Source: an uncultured Bdellovibrionales bacterium | GTDB taxonomy: Bacteria; Patescibacteriota; Minisyncoccia; Moranbacterales; UBA1568 | NCBI GenBank assembly: GCA_964483635.1 | Contig: CAZABS010000001.1 | Coordinates: forward strand, 16,692-80,691 | Direction: 5' to 3' | DNA: 64,000 nt | In this document: positions 37,936 through 47,993 of the stretch, one piece after another | Position numbering within the stretch: the first letter of the stretch is position 1 | Layout: each line of letters begins with the position of its first letter | Position numbers and translations under genes: made by a program | The notes under the pieces: generated by a model | The model's database searches: none | What the model was told of the DNA's origin: nothing | What the model saw: only the letters and a program-made list of their open reading frames with translations

Positions 37936-39201
37936 CTACGGCTTATCGCTCCGTGATCGAAATGGACGGATTGAATATGGAGAGCGACTTTGATTGGCAG
38001 GATTCGTAATTCGTTGTCCAGTCCCAAAACGAGTTGCTCCGGTGCTGGCAGCGACTGGGACACTTGCGACTGGTGGTACTACTTGAGTCTCCTGACTCGC
38101 CTTTTCCGCCGGTAACACATGACCAGTTGAAAATTGGACGGTATGATTGGCAATATTTTCAATCGGCTTCATATTTCCTACCAAAGACGGTACAGCTGAT
38201 GCCGAAGACGTAGACACAGGACGAGATGCTCCTCCAAAGCTCGCCTTTGACTGAGCTGCGATGGGTGGCCGCGAGGCTAAAGAGGTAGGTGGCTGGATAA
38301 CCCAAGGATTGACTCCGCGAGACGAGACTCCTGAAGGCTGATTCATCCCCCCTTGAAATATCGGAGCAGAAAACGCCTGAGCCTCCGGTTTTGATGCGCT
38401 AGACGAAGCCTGGGGTGTCGGAAAAGATACCGCTCCCCTCAAAGGAGCTCCTCCGCCCTGATTGGATTGAGGAATGGTGACATCTGGAAAAACGATTTCT
38501 TGACGCGCCGTATCAATATCTAATGGAAACTCTTCTTCAATCGACTTCAGAATAAGATTGAGTCGCTCGCGTTCCTCCCCTGATAGACGCTTTCCATTTT
38601 CGGACTGAAAGAGAAATTTTCCACGCAAAACCTGATCATGAAACCCAATCCCAAGTTCATCGCGATAATAGTGAATCCAATTGGTAAGCGATCCCCTAAC
38701 TGGTTCCGACGATTGCTTCGTCTTGATCCGATTCGCGGTAATATTTTGCTCTCCCAATCGCGGATACTCACTCAACGCCTTGAGAAGTGGCTTCTTAATC
38801 ACTCCAATCACCTTGGGTTGCTCAACAGATTCCACCTCTTCATTCACCGGCTTTGGAATAAGATGCAGTATCTCTCGATCAATAAACGAAACGATATCTT
38901 TGGCCCGGTTTGGATCACCACCCGGTGTCTGCGTAAGTAGAGATACGATCTTCGCCTCAGCCCCAGGTAAATCTATCTCCTGAAAAATTATCTCTCTGAC
39001 GAGTAGACTCACTTTTGCAGTGATGTCTCTGCTAAGATTAAATTTATCTTGTAAGATCTTCAATTTCAGGGGGAGTTCATTTGCTGTCAGAATATCTTGA
39101 GCCTTATGATCAAGAGTATCAAACTTCTGCCACGCCAAAAACAGCTCGTCTTGAGAGCCACCATCACTTCGTACCAACATTGGCAAGTATATGGGATCCA
39201 T
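37936..39201 (-). CDS. Hypothetical protein (421 aa) with Ser/Pro/Ala-rich C-terminal half
   Basis: Long ORF in the T4SS-like operon; no motif. Confidence 0.45.
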   Translation of the reverse strand: MDPIYLPMLVRSDGGSQDELFLAWQKFDTLDHKAQDILTANELPLKLKILQDKFNLSRDITAKVSLLVREIIFQEIDLPGAEAKIVSLLTQTPGGDPNRAKDIVSFIDREILHLIPKPVNEEVESVEQPKVIGVIKKPLLKALSEYPRLGEQNITANRIKTKQSSEPVRGSLTNWIHYYRDELGIGFHDQVLRGKFLFQSENGKRLSGEERERLNLILKSIEEEFPLDIDTARQEIVFPDVTIPQSNQGGGAPLRGAVSFPTPQASSSASKPEAQAFSAPIFQGGMNQPSGVSSRGVNPWVIQPPTSLASRPPIAAQSKASFGGASRPVSTSSASAVPSLVGNMKPIENIANHTVQFSTGHVLPAEKASQETQVVPPVASVPVAASTGATRFGTGQRITNPANQSRSPYSIRPFRSRSDKP

Positions 39202-39216
39202 TATTGAATAAGTGCC

Positions 39217-41316
39217 TTAGGAGCGTTTTGAATAATTCCCCTGGGGAATAATTATTCCTGCAGGCGTGACCTGTTCACCAGACTTTTCTGTTACCCGACT
39301 TTTTCCACCAATCCAGACTTCACGATCCTTGAGTGACATTTTTTTAAGCATTTCCTGCATATATTGAGAGTCCTCATTGAAGCGACCTTCAAGATACGCC
39401 CGGAGCGCCTTACTGTCTTCCCCTCCTCCGAGTGTCGATTGGTGCATATTGGACTGAGCAGCCAAATCATCAGCTTTAAGGCCCTTCAGTAAACTGTCGT
39501 ACGCTTTATTCCTTGCGGCGTCTTTTCCGAGTGTTGGGGTAAATTGATCTATCTCATAGGCTATTCGAGCATCCAACTTACCCTCTTTTTTCATCTTATC
39601 ATTCAATGCCTTATAAACATCACTCTCAGCATCAACCGCTGGTTTCCCATTCACCATGACAATCTTGTTATCTTGATCGCGTTTTGTCAAAGCTGGACTT
39701 GCGAGAATTGCAGCATAGATATCTTTGTTCATCCCATCAAATGCCTCCGATCTTGCCCCATCCAAAACCTTATCAGCAAGATCCAGATTATCTCCGGCTG
39801 CCGCCATTGCCTGCTGGAGCACTTCCGCGCTTTTAATTTCTTTTGCTTCTGCGAGAGAGAGGGCATTTGCAGCTCGAGTAATTTCATCATTCTTCGTTGG
39901 GTCAAGCCCGGCAATAAGAGCTGATCGATTTACTCGATTCTCCTTATTTTCCTTAGCTTTCTCATTAATTTCTTTCCACTTCAATTTCTGAAGTTCTGTT
40001 TTCGCTCCCGCTAATCCCTTACCGGTACGGACTGTTGCTTTAGAAAAATACCCCTTGAGAGCCGCCTCGCTCTTACTCGGGGATGTTATAAACTTCCCCA
40101 TCCAGGTATTAGACAATCGCTTCTTGACACCACCGCCGACACCACGTGCAATTGGATTCTTATATCCTACCCATTTACCACCACGCAGAGCTTGATTTCC
40201 ACCCCACTTGGCAAATTTCTCGCCCATGCCGGTCACTGCTCCTGCGCCAGCAATACTAAATTTATTTGCAGAACCAATAGCCATCCAAATCAAAATAATC
40301 GGCAAGAGAAACATCACCATAGCCGTCATAATACCAGCACCACTTGAATCTGTAGCAATGTTCACAGCGGTCTTTTGAAGTTCGGCGCTCATTGTTCCAG
40401 ATATTTTCACCGCTGACATAAATTTTACAGCAACCAAGAGCATAAGTGCCGCTGAAGGTCCAAACAAAGCATAACTCCAAAACTTTTCCCACCATTGGCT
40501 ACTGTATTTACTCAAGCCTGGCATAAAACTTGCAGCAAAACCGACTGGAGAAAAAATTAGTAAAAGTACCAATCCAATCACTCGGATAAAAAGCATTACA
40601 GATAGTACAACTACTGAGATGGCAAAAATAAACATGAATACAATCCCGAGGAGTAATGCTTTAAATGAAGTGTCTCTCGCTTTTTGATCATCAGGAATAA
40701 TAATTTTGGTCAATTGTGAAGCACTCAGAACCTCTCCAAGTGCTGTTTTCGATGCTCCATCAACGCTTCCATTAGGACTGAGGGTGTTGACAAAGTAATA
40801 CATCGGAACATTGGTCATATCCACGAGAAATCTCGTGATGGGGAAACTGAAATTGACGAGGAGAGCCCCGAGCAAAATACTGAGAAATAACTTTTTTAAG
40901 CTATACTGCTCTACCTGAAAAATTGTAGCAAAGGCAGAGAAAAGAAGTATAAGAATAAAGAAAAGGTTGAAAAAATCCCGAATAAACTGCCAAAGTTCAA
41001 GAGTTGCTTGAATGTTTAATAGCCCTCCAGGACCAGATATGTTACTCGGTTGTATAACAAATTGAAACAGTACAAGTGCTGCGCTCGCAATAACCTGCAT
41101 GACAATAAGAACAGCATAGAGAATCCACTTCGCTCCAATACAAAAAATATTGACAACACTACATTTGTCATCATCGCCAGCTGACGATTCTGCGACTTCC
41201 TGAGCAAACACATCAAACGAATAAAATGGGGAAAAAGAAATCCCCTGTGAAAGCACTATCACCAAAAACAGACTTACAAGAAGTTTTTTTATATTTTGTT
41301 TTTTCAGCCAACGCAT
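39217..41316 (-). CDS. VirB6/TrbL-like polytopic membrane protein with a ~330-aa hydrophilic Lys/Ala-rich C-terminal extension
   Basis: Signal/TM N-terminus followed by at least 6 TM helices in the first ~370 aa, then a charged extension. Its position relative to the hydrolase, VirB3 and VirB4 matches monoderm T4SS loci. Confidence 0.5.
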   Translation of the reverse strand: MRWLKKQNIKKLLVSLFLVIVLSQGISFSPFYSFDVFAQEVAESSAGDDDKCSVVNIFCIGAKWILYAVLIVMQVIASAALVLFQFVIQPSNISGPGGLLNIQATLELWQFIRDFFNLFFILILLFSAFATIFQVEQYSLKKLFLSILLGALLVNFSFPITRFLVDMTNVPMYYFVNTLSPNGSVDGASKTALGEVLSASQLTKIIIPDDQKARDTSFKALLLGIVFMFIFAISVVVLSVMLFIRVIGLVLLLIFSPVGFAASFMPGLSKYSSQWWEKFWSYALFGPSAALMLLVAVKFMSAVKISGTMSAELQKTAVNIATDSSGAGIMTAMVMFLLPIILIWMAIGSANKFSIAGAGAVTGMGEKFAKWGGNQALRGGKWVGYKNPIARGVGGGVKKRLSNTWMGKFITSPSKSEAALKGYFSKATVRTGKGLAGAKTELQKLKWKEINEKAKENKENRVNRSALIAGLDPTKNDEITRAANALSLAEAKEIKSAEVLQQAMAAAGDNLDLADKVLDGARSEAFDGMNKDIYAAILASPALTKRDQDNKIVMVNGKPAVDAESDVYKALNDKMKKEGKLDARIAYEIDQFTPTLGKDAARNKAYDSLLKGLKADDLAAQSNMHQSTLGGGEDSKALRAYLEGRFNEDSQYMQEMLKKMSLKDREVWIGGKSRVTEKSGEQVTPAGIIIPQGNYSKRS

Positions 41317-41543
41317 AGAAATTCACTTTCCGATATGGAAATGGAAGATGCATTTAGTATATCATAAGTATCAACCAATCAAGTACTGTTTCACGAAAAG
41401 AAAAGCGAGTCATGAAACCTCTTTTCTCTCCATTAAAAAACGGGGGCTTCCCCCCATCAGAGTCAACTAGCATTTCTACTGATCGTGGTTTTTTTAGTTG
41501 TTTTGATTCCAAATGGAAGGGAACGTCGAAATGTAGAGTGGCA

Positions 41544-42785
41544 TCAGTAAATGTACCCCTTAATCACTCGACTCGTGCGAGCGAGTTGACGAGTGCTCTT
41601 CTTCCCCCAACCAACATAATTCATTTCAGAAACCGTAATCGTTGAGGCAGAAACCTTTTCGACGTACGCAACGTGGCCATAGTAACGATTTTCGGTCGTC
41701 ACCACAATTGATCCAACCGTGGGCGTCTTCCCGGTCTTATACCCAAGGGCGCGCGCATTAAAAAGCCACGTTCCAGCATTCCCACCCCAAGGAACAAAAC
41801 GTTTTTGGGCGACATACCAGGTACAGTACCCGTATGGAAAACGGTGCCCGGCTCCAACTTTCCCTTCCTTGGGACGTGAAAAGTCTGGGGTTATATCCGT
41901 CGCTGCCCCCCCGCCAGCCGTTGCATATTGACGGCGTGCCAAACCTGATGCATCCGGAGTACTCGATGGTGGAAGCGCTTTCTGCCCATCAGGAATCACG
42001 ATCGTCTCCCCAACCGAAAGTTCCCCATTCGCTGGAAGACCATTAAAAGCGATGATTTTCCCTTTATTCGAATGATATTTTGCTGAAATTGAATCAATAG
42101 TATCTCCTGCTGCCACGGTATAGGTAAATCCTGCCACTGGTAGGATGAAAATCTGATCACCTGGCTTTATCGAATCAACATTATCGAGATCATTCGCCCA
42201 GAGGATAGTATTAACACTAATCCCATTCTTGGCAGCAATCCCTGAAACCGTATCTCCGGCCAAAACAGTATATATCCGCACCCCCCCATCTTCCTCAGGA
42301 TCTCGAGCAATATTACTCGAAACAGCTGCTGCTAAGAACATCTGATTTTCTGGGCTGAGAGCCGTTTCTTCAAAGACACTCGCATCTGACTTTTGATTTG
42401 GATCAATACTATTCGGGGCGCTCGCAAGAGAAACCAAGCTCAAATTCTCCTGTTTGCTTTCTTGAGCAGCCAAACGTGGGGCTCGATGCTGCCCGGCTGC
42501 CACTACTACCCCAGAAAGAAAGCCTGGTGTGCCTCGTCCATGGGTAAAATTTGTGAGTGAAACGAGAAGCGCTGTCACCACGACCAAAGAAAAGGCTGCA
42601 TAATTTCGAAAAAGACGTACCGGAAGATATCCAGAACCCTCTTTTACCCAAATAAGAAAACGCGACTGCACGTGATGAAACGCCGTATTCCAAAGAACCC
42701 CCTTCTCTTGAAAACGGAGGAAGAAGGTGGCCACCAATTGAGTCAAACGCGTAAAAATAACTCGGGTCCTTTCTGGGAACAGCAC
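41544..42785 (-). CDS. Cell-wall hydrolase with 2 LysM domains and a C-terminal CHAP domain (VirB1 functional analogue)
   Basis: LysM 1 YTVLAGDTVSGIAAKNGISVNTILWANDL and LysM 2 YTVAAGDTIDSISAKY. CHAP domain FPYGYCTWYVAQKRF (Cys) and YGHVAYVEKV (His). Confidence 0.8.
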   Translation of the reverse strand: MLFPERTRVIFTRLTQLVATFFLRFQEKGVLWNTAFHHVQSRFLIWVKEGSGYLPVRLFRNYAAFSLVVVTALLVSLTNFTHGRGTPGFLSGVVVAAGQHRAPRLAAQESKQENLSLVSLASAPNSIDPNQKSDASVFEETALSPENQMFLAAAVSSNIARDPEEDGGVRIYTVLAGDTVSGIAAKNGISVNTILWANDLDNVDSIKPGDQIFILPVAGFTYTVAAGDTIDSISAKYHSNKGKIIAFNGLPANGELSVGETIVIPDGQKALPPSSTPDASGLARRQYATAGGGAATDITPDFSRPKEGKVGAGHRFPYGYCTWYVAQKRFVPWGGNAGTWLFNARALGYKTGKTPTVGSIVVTTENRYYGHVAYVEKVSASTITVSEMNYVGWGKKSTRQLARTSRVIKGYIY

Positions 42786-43020
42786 GTAAGCCTTGAAACA
42801 AAAGGTGATCCTTTTGACCCTTCGGCATCAGTGCTACCCCTTAGAGTTACAGTACTGAGGATACCCGAAAACCCTCATTCAGTCAATCAAAAATTAGTGA
42901 TAAATCTCCATATTAAGCTTTAGATAAGGCATTTTTGGATATTTCATCTTGCAGCATCTCTCCTCAATGAGAGCATTCAAGTCGCCACGCGCTCCATGGT
43001 ACAATAATGTCGCAGAACCT

Positions 43021-43980
43021 ATGATTCCCTTTGAAAAACCCAAAACCGAATTGGAACGTCTCGCGAAACGTTATTGCGAGCACCTGGAAATCGAACTCGG
43101 GCGCTCTGTCCGTACCCTCGAAAGCTACGCACATACGCTTTCGGCCTTTTTTTCTTGGGGAAATCTGAGGCATCCAAGCGAAATCACTGCCGAACGCGTC
43201 CGTGAATATCGCATTGCACTCAATCGAAAAGTCACTCGTTCGGGCGGATCCATGAAAAAAAATACCCAAGCCTACCATGCCATTGTGCTCCGTTCATTCC
43301 TCAAATACCTGGCCAAACAGGATATCAGAACACTGGCCGCCGAAAAAATTGAGGTGGGGAAGGTGCCTGATCGACAAGTAGACTTCCTCGAATTTGAGGA
43401 GGTAGAACGACTCCTCGAAGCCGCAACTGGTGATGACCTTCGAAATTTGCGAGATCGAGCCATCCTTGAGCTTCTCTTTTCTGCTGGCTTACGGGTTTCC
43501 GAACTTGTTTCACTGAATCGAGAACAGGTAAACCTCGGGAAAGACGAATTCAGTGTCCGAGGGAAAGGCTCAAAACTGCGTGTCGTCTTCCTCTCCCCCG
43601 GAGCCAAAAGCACCCTCAAAAGATACCTTGATCATCGAACGGACATCGATCCGGCTCTCTTTGTTGCTCACGGGAAAAAGGGGCTCATCAACCTATCAGC
43701 CAAGAAGCGTGAAAGCCTTCGTCTCACTCCCCGCTCGGTCGAACGACGTGTCAAATACTATGCTCAAAAGGCCGGAATCACCAAAGATGTCCATCCGCAT
43801 ACGCTGCGTCATAGTTTTGCCACCGATCTCCTCATGAATGGGGCAGATATTCGAGCTGTACAGTCAATGCTCGGGCATGCGTCAATTACCACCACTCAAA
43901 TCTATACCCATGTGACCAATGAACGACTTCGGGAAATTCACCAAAAATTCCACGCTAAAAGAAAAAAAGAACTTAATTAA
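43021..43980 (+). CDS. xerC: Tyrosine recombinase XerC/XerD family
   Basis: C-terminal catalytic region HPHTLRHSFATDLLMNGADIRAVQSMLGHASITTTQIYTHV (R..H.. and the Y nucleophile). Start set at MIPFEK; the ORF track extends to 42949. Confidence 0.85.
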   Translation: MIPFEKPKTELERLAKRYCEHLEIELGRSVRTLESYAHTLSAFFSWGNLRHPSEITAERVREYRIALNRKVTRSGGSMKKNTQAYHAIVLRSFLKYLAKQDIRTLAAEKIEVGKVPDRQVDFLEFEEVERLLEAATGDDLRNLRDRAILELLFSAGLRVSELVSLNREQVNLGKDEFSVRGKGSKLRVVFLSPGAKSTLKRYLDHRTDIDPALFVAHGKKGLINLSAKKRESLRLTPRSVERRVKYYAQKAGITKDVHPHTLRHSFATDLLMNGADIRAVQSMLGHASITTTQIYTHVTNERLREIHQKFHAKRKKELN

Positions 43981-46214
43981 AGTTTTTGGAGCGGTGCCAC
44001 ACCCAGCATCATTTTTTTCACTCCCCGTTTTTTGAAGGCTACGGTCACCAAAGTACCGTCAAGCGCAATCACGAGACCATTACCAAACTCTGCGTGCTCT
44101 ACCATATCACCCGGACGGAGATCCTTGGCGGGTTCTGGAGCCTTCCCCTCGAGCGTAAGTTTGGGAGTTCGAACTTGCCTCGGATAGGCAGCCGTAAAGC
44201 GTTTTGGTTTTTGAAAGAACGCACTTTCCTCTTGCTGTGCTCGTGTCTCCAAGAGGTGTTCTGGAATTTCCGCCAGAAAGCGCGACGGCGGATTCATCTG
44301 GGTTGAACCAAAAATAGTCCGGGTTTCGGCATGCAAAAGATAGGCTTGCTCTTTCGCCCTGGTGAGACCGACGTACATGAGCCGACGTTCTTCCTCGAGC
44401 TCATTCGGCGAGAGAGCACTTCGTGCATGCGGAAAAATACCCTCTTCCAGTCCTACGATGAAGACGACGGGAAACTCGAGTCCCTTGGCACTATGAATGG
44501 TCATGAGATGCACCGCGGCACTTTCTTGATTGATACCATCCGTATCAGAGGCGAGCGCCACTTCTTCAAGAAACATTCGGAGAGCATCTTCAAGAGAAAA
44601 ATCATCAAACTTCCGAGCTACCGAACAAAGTTCTCGGACATTTTCTTCACGAGCTTCACCTTCCGAAGTACCGTCTCGCAGAGTATTGAGATAGCCACTT
44701 TCGCGGGTGATGATATCGATGAGCAGAGCAAGTTTTAAACTGGCATCATGCAGTATTGATTCGCGCCAATGATAAAACAATTCTGCAAACTCATCGAGGC
44801 TTTTGAGTTTTCGCTCTGGCACCACTCCTGTTTCACGCAAGGCTGTAATGGCTTCGAGAAAATTAGATCCACTTTCCCGAGTAGCCGCGACCCAATGCTC
44901 GAGTGTCACCTCGCCTATTCCACGTTTTGGCTCATTCAGAATCCGTTCAAGCGCTAGGAGATCACGTGGGTTCTGGAGAAAGCGCACATAGGCAATCACA
45001 TCCTTCACCTCTTTGCGCTGATAAAATTTCAGTCCACCAACAATTTTGTACGCGATATCCGCCCGCAAACAAGCTTCTTCGAGAGCGCGCGACTGCGCAT
45101 TGGTTCGATAGAGAACCGCAAAATCACTGAAAGAACGTCCGCACCCGATGAGTTTTTTAATTTCCTGAGTGACGATTTTTGCTTCGCTCTCCTCGCTTGC
45201 CGCAGGTGAAAGAATGATCTTGCCTCCTTCCTTTTTCTCGGTCCACAATTTCTTGTGACGTTGATGTACATTGTTGCCAATCACTTCACTTGCCGCATCG
45301 AGAATCACTTGGGTTGATCGGTAATTTTGGTCCAATGTAATCACTGTTGCTTCCGGGTAATCTTCTTCAAATGAAAGGATGTTTCGGATATCTGCTTGGC
45401 GCCAACTATAAATTGACTGATAATCATCACCAATCACAAACAGGTTATGATACTTTCCCGCAAGGAGCGTCACAAACCGATACTGTAGTGGATTCGTGTC
45501 CTGATATTCATCAACCATGAGGTATCGAAATTGTTCCTGATACCGGGCAAGCACTTCAGGATGTTCCTGAAACAATTTTACGGTGAGCGCAATTAAATCA
45601 TCAAAATCCAGTGCATTGATACGTCGAAGCTCATCTTGATAGCGGGCATACGCTTTCCCTACGAGTTCTTCGAAATAACTTCCGGCTCCAACCTGAACTC
45701 GCTCAGGAGAAAGTTCTGAACTCTTCGCTCCAGAAATAGCCTCAAGGAGTGAACGTGGACGGACTTGATCGGGATTCATCTCGAGTTCCTTCATGACCTT
45801 TTTCATGAGTGAGAGTTGATCATCCGCATCGATAATATTGAAATTGCGATCATATCCCAGCACCGCAATATCCTGACGCAAAAAGCGTGAGCACAAACTA
45901 TGAAAGGTTCCAATATACCGTGGAGGATACCAGGATTGCCCCGTATCACGTCCTCGTTCCAAGAGTGCATTCACTCGTTCTCGCATTTCTCCGGCTGCTT
46001 TGTTGGTAAAGGTGACCGCCAAAATTTGTTCTGGCTTAACGCGTTTCTCGGCAATGAGGTACGCGATGCGGTGTGTCAGCGTTTTGGTTTTACCGCTCCC
46101 CGCACCAGCCAAAATAAGGACCGGCCCCTCAGTGGCGAGTACGGCTCTTTTTTGTTCTGGATTCAGTCCAATCTCCCAGAAAGCGTTCCCGGTGCCTTTA
46201 TGTGTCGGTGTCAT
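43977..46214 (-). CDS. pcrA: ATP-dependent DNA helicase PcrA/UvrD
   Basis: LILAGAGSGKTKTLTHRIAYLI (motif I), VDEYQDTN (motif II), and the overall 1A/1B/2A/2B order including GLEFP and VGLTRA motifs. Confidence 0.9.
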   Translation of the reverse strand: MTPTHKGTGNAFWEIGLNPEQKRAVLATEGPVLILAGAGSGKTKTLTHRIAYLIAEKRVKPEQILAVTFTNKAAGEMRERVNALLERGRDTGQSWYPPRYIGTFHSLCSRFLRQDIAVLGYDRNFNIIDADDQLSLMKKVMKELEMNPDQVRPRSLLEAISGAKSSELSPERVQVGAGSYFEELVGKAYARYQDELRRINALDFDDLIALTVKLFQEHPEVLARYQEQFRYLMVDEYQDTNPLQYRFVTLLAGKYHNLFVIGDDYQSIYSWRQADIRNILSFEEDYPEATVITLDQNYRSTQVILDAASEVIGNNVHQRHKKLWTEKKEGGKIILSPAASEESEAKIVTQEIKKLIGCGRSFSDFAVLYRTNAQSRALEEACLRADIAYKIVGGLKFYQRKEVKDVIAYVRFLQNPRDLLALERILNEPKRGIGEVTLEHWVAATRESGSNFLEAITALRETGVVPERKLKSLDEFAELFYHWRESILHDASLKLALLIDIITRESGYLNTLRDGTSEGEAREENVRELCSVARKFDDFSLEDALRMFLEEVALASDTDGINQESAAVHLMTIHSAKGLEFPVVFIVGLEEGIFPHARSALSPNELEEERRLMYVGLTRAKEQAYLLHAETRTIFGSTQMNPPSRFLAEIPEHLLETRAQQEESAFFQKPKRFTAAYPRQVRTPKLTLEGKAPEPAKDLRPGDMVEHAEFGNGLVIALDGTLVTVAFKKRGVKKMMLGVAPLQKL

Positions 46215-46353
46215 GTTGTACGTATGATTAGATATGTATTGTAGCATTGGGAGAAAAATCACTCTACTCCGGTATTACAACGAGGCCACACAAGTTTTCT
46301 TGCTCATACCACATCTCACATATTTTCCCTCAAGAGTGCTATAATGGAGCACT

Positions 46354-47988
46354 ATGCAGCAACAAATACGCTCGATTATCAACTCTATTGAGGGTCTCCC
46401 GTTCTCCCTTGGAACTTGGGTCATAACCTACACCGCACTCGTTGCTGGGAGACTTGGGATTGAGCACGTGCTCAATGATATGATCCTGCAGACACCCGGC
46501 TATTATTTCTATCAGTCAGCGCATCATTTTTTTACGTTTCTCTGCATTTTTCTCGTGATTCTCATTGCCACCACCTGGCTCGCTCGTGTCAAGCTTCGAG
46601 AAGCAGCCAATATCCTCACTTTTGGATTTCTGCTTATCTGGATCCCCCCCATCATTGACGAGATTGCAACTCATGGAAAAGGTACGTGGAGTTTCTATGC
46701 CTTTGACAGCATCCTTGGTCTTTGGCAGCGCTACCTCACTTTCTTCGGTGATCAGCCGGAAATCGGTATCACCTACGGTATTCGAGTCGAAATTGCCATA
46801 GCAGTGATTGCTCTCGGACTCTACACCTTTATGAAAACCGGCAACCTCCTCCGCGGACTTTTCGCAACTTGGGTTACCTATACTCTTTTCTTTTTTCTGG
46901 GAGCACTCCCATCCTTTGTTACCATTGCACTCCTTGGTTGGGAAAAAGGTTTCCTTATGGTGAGCGAGAACGATATCGCCGGACTCATGCTTTCACCAAC
47001 AGCTCTTTTTGGTCTGATCCCACCAAGTAGCCTCTCCAGCCTCAGTGTCAAAATGAGCCTCGTTTTTGCCAGCCTCGACATCATCCTCATCGATATCATC
47101 CTCTTTTTCTTTTTTCGAACGTATTTTATCGCGCGCTGGAAAAATGCCAGAATTCCTCAAGTCCTCTTCCATAATGGTCTCTTACTCCTAGGCGGAGCCC
47201 TTGCTCTCGTGTATGCACCCGGATCCTTCGCACCCGATCTTTTTCATGGACTGGCACTTTTTATCTCCTGTTCGAGTGTTACTCTTGCCTGGCTTGCTTC
47301 AGTTGTTATCAACGATTTCTCAGATCAAAAAATCGACGCGCTCACCAACCCGACCCGACCTATACAAAGCGGTTCCATTCCACCAGATCTCTACCAAACC
47401 TTTGGAATTCTCTTTTTTCTTGCTTCCCTCCTCCTTATGGCGCTCGTCTCTACGCAAGCAACAATTTTCCTCGCTATCTACCAAGGAATTGCCTGGCTCT
47501 ATTCTGCTCCCCCTCTACGGCTCAAACGATTCCCGCTCGTCGCTACTGGACTCGCCAGCGGTGCTTCCCTCCTAATCCTCTTGAGTGGCTATCTCGTGTT
47601 CGCTGCCGAAAAAAGTATTTCCGCCCTCCCGTGGCAAATCCCCGTCTTCTTCTTCATTGCCTACACCCTCCTCATTCCCATTAAAGATTTCAAGGATACT
47701 CCTGGGGACCGCGCGGATGGGGTACTGACCCTACCAGTTCTCCTCGGGGAAGTACGAGCCAAACATCTTATCGGCGCTTTTTATTTCTTCTTTTTCATCA
47801 CGAGTATTTTCATCTTCCATTTGGAGCATCTGTTTCCGCTAGCACTGTTCTATGCCACTGGTAGCTACTGGCTCCTCCAAATTTCTGGAACGGGGAACAA
47901 ATATTTTCATTACCACAACCTTCCCGGCTGGGAATTCGTCCTCGTTGCCAGTTTTATTCTCTTCCTCCTCCGAACACTCATTGGATGA
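46354..47988 (+). CDS. Polytopic membrane protein with a C-terminal UbiA-family prenyltransferase domain
   Basis: VINDFSDQKIDALTNPTRPIQSGSIP matches the first UbiA Asp-rich motif (NDxxDxxxD....RP..SG). About 300 aa of additional N-terminal TM helices precede it. Confidence 0.6.
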   Translation: MQQQIRSIINSIEGLPFSLGTWVITYTALVAGRLGIEHVLNDMILQTPGYYFYQSAHHFFTFLCIFLVILIATTWLARVKLREAANILTFGFLLIWIPPIIDEIATHGKGTWSFYAFDSILGLWQRYLTFFGDQPEIGITYGIRVEIAIAVIALGLYTFMKTGNLLRGLFATWVTYTLFFFLGALPSFVTIALLGWEKGFLMVSENDIAGLMLSPTALFGLIPPSSLSSLSVKMSLVFASLDIILIDIILFFFFRTYFIARWKNARIPQVLFHNGLLLLGGALALVYAPGSFAPDLFHGLALFISCSSVTLAWLASVVINDFSDQKIDALTNPTRPIQSGSIPPDLYQTFGILFFLASLLLMALVSTQATIFLAIYQGIAWLYSAPPLRLKRFPLVATGLASGASLLILLSGYLVFAAEKSISALPWQIPVFFFIAYTLLIPIKDFKDTPGDRADGVLTLPVLLGEVRAKHLIGAFYFFFFITSIFIFHLEHLFPLALFYATGSYWLLQISGTGNKYFHYHNLPGWEFVLVASFILFLLRTLIG

Positions 47989-47993
47989 GGGGC

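Noticed and set aside
42786-44000. The T4SS-like cluster as an integrative conjugative element bounded by tRNA-Leu and the tyrosine recombinase
   Set aside because: No copy of the tRNA 3' end was seen near the recombinase. The recombinase looks like chromosomal XerC/D sitting next to pcrA, and no relaxase or coupling protein lies in the cluster.
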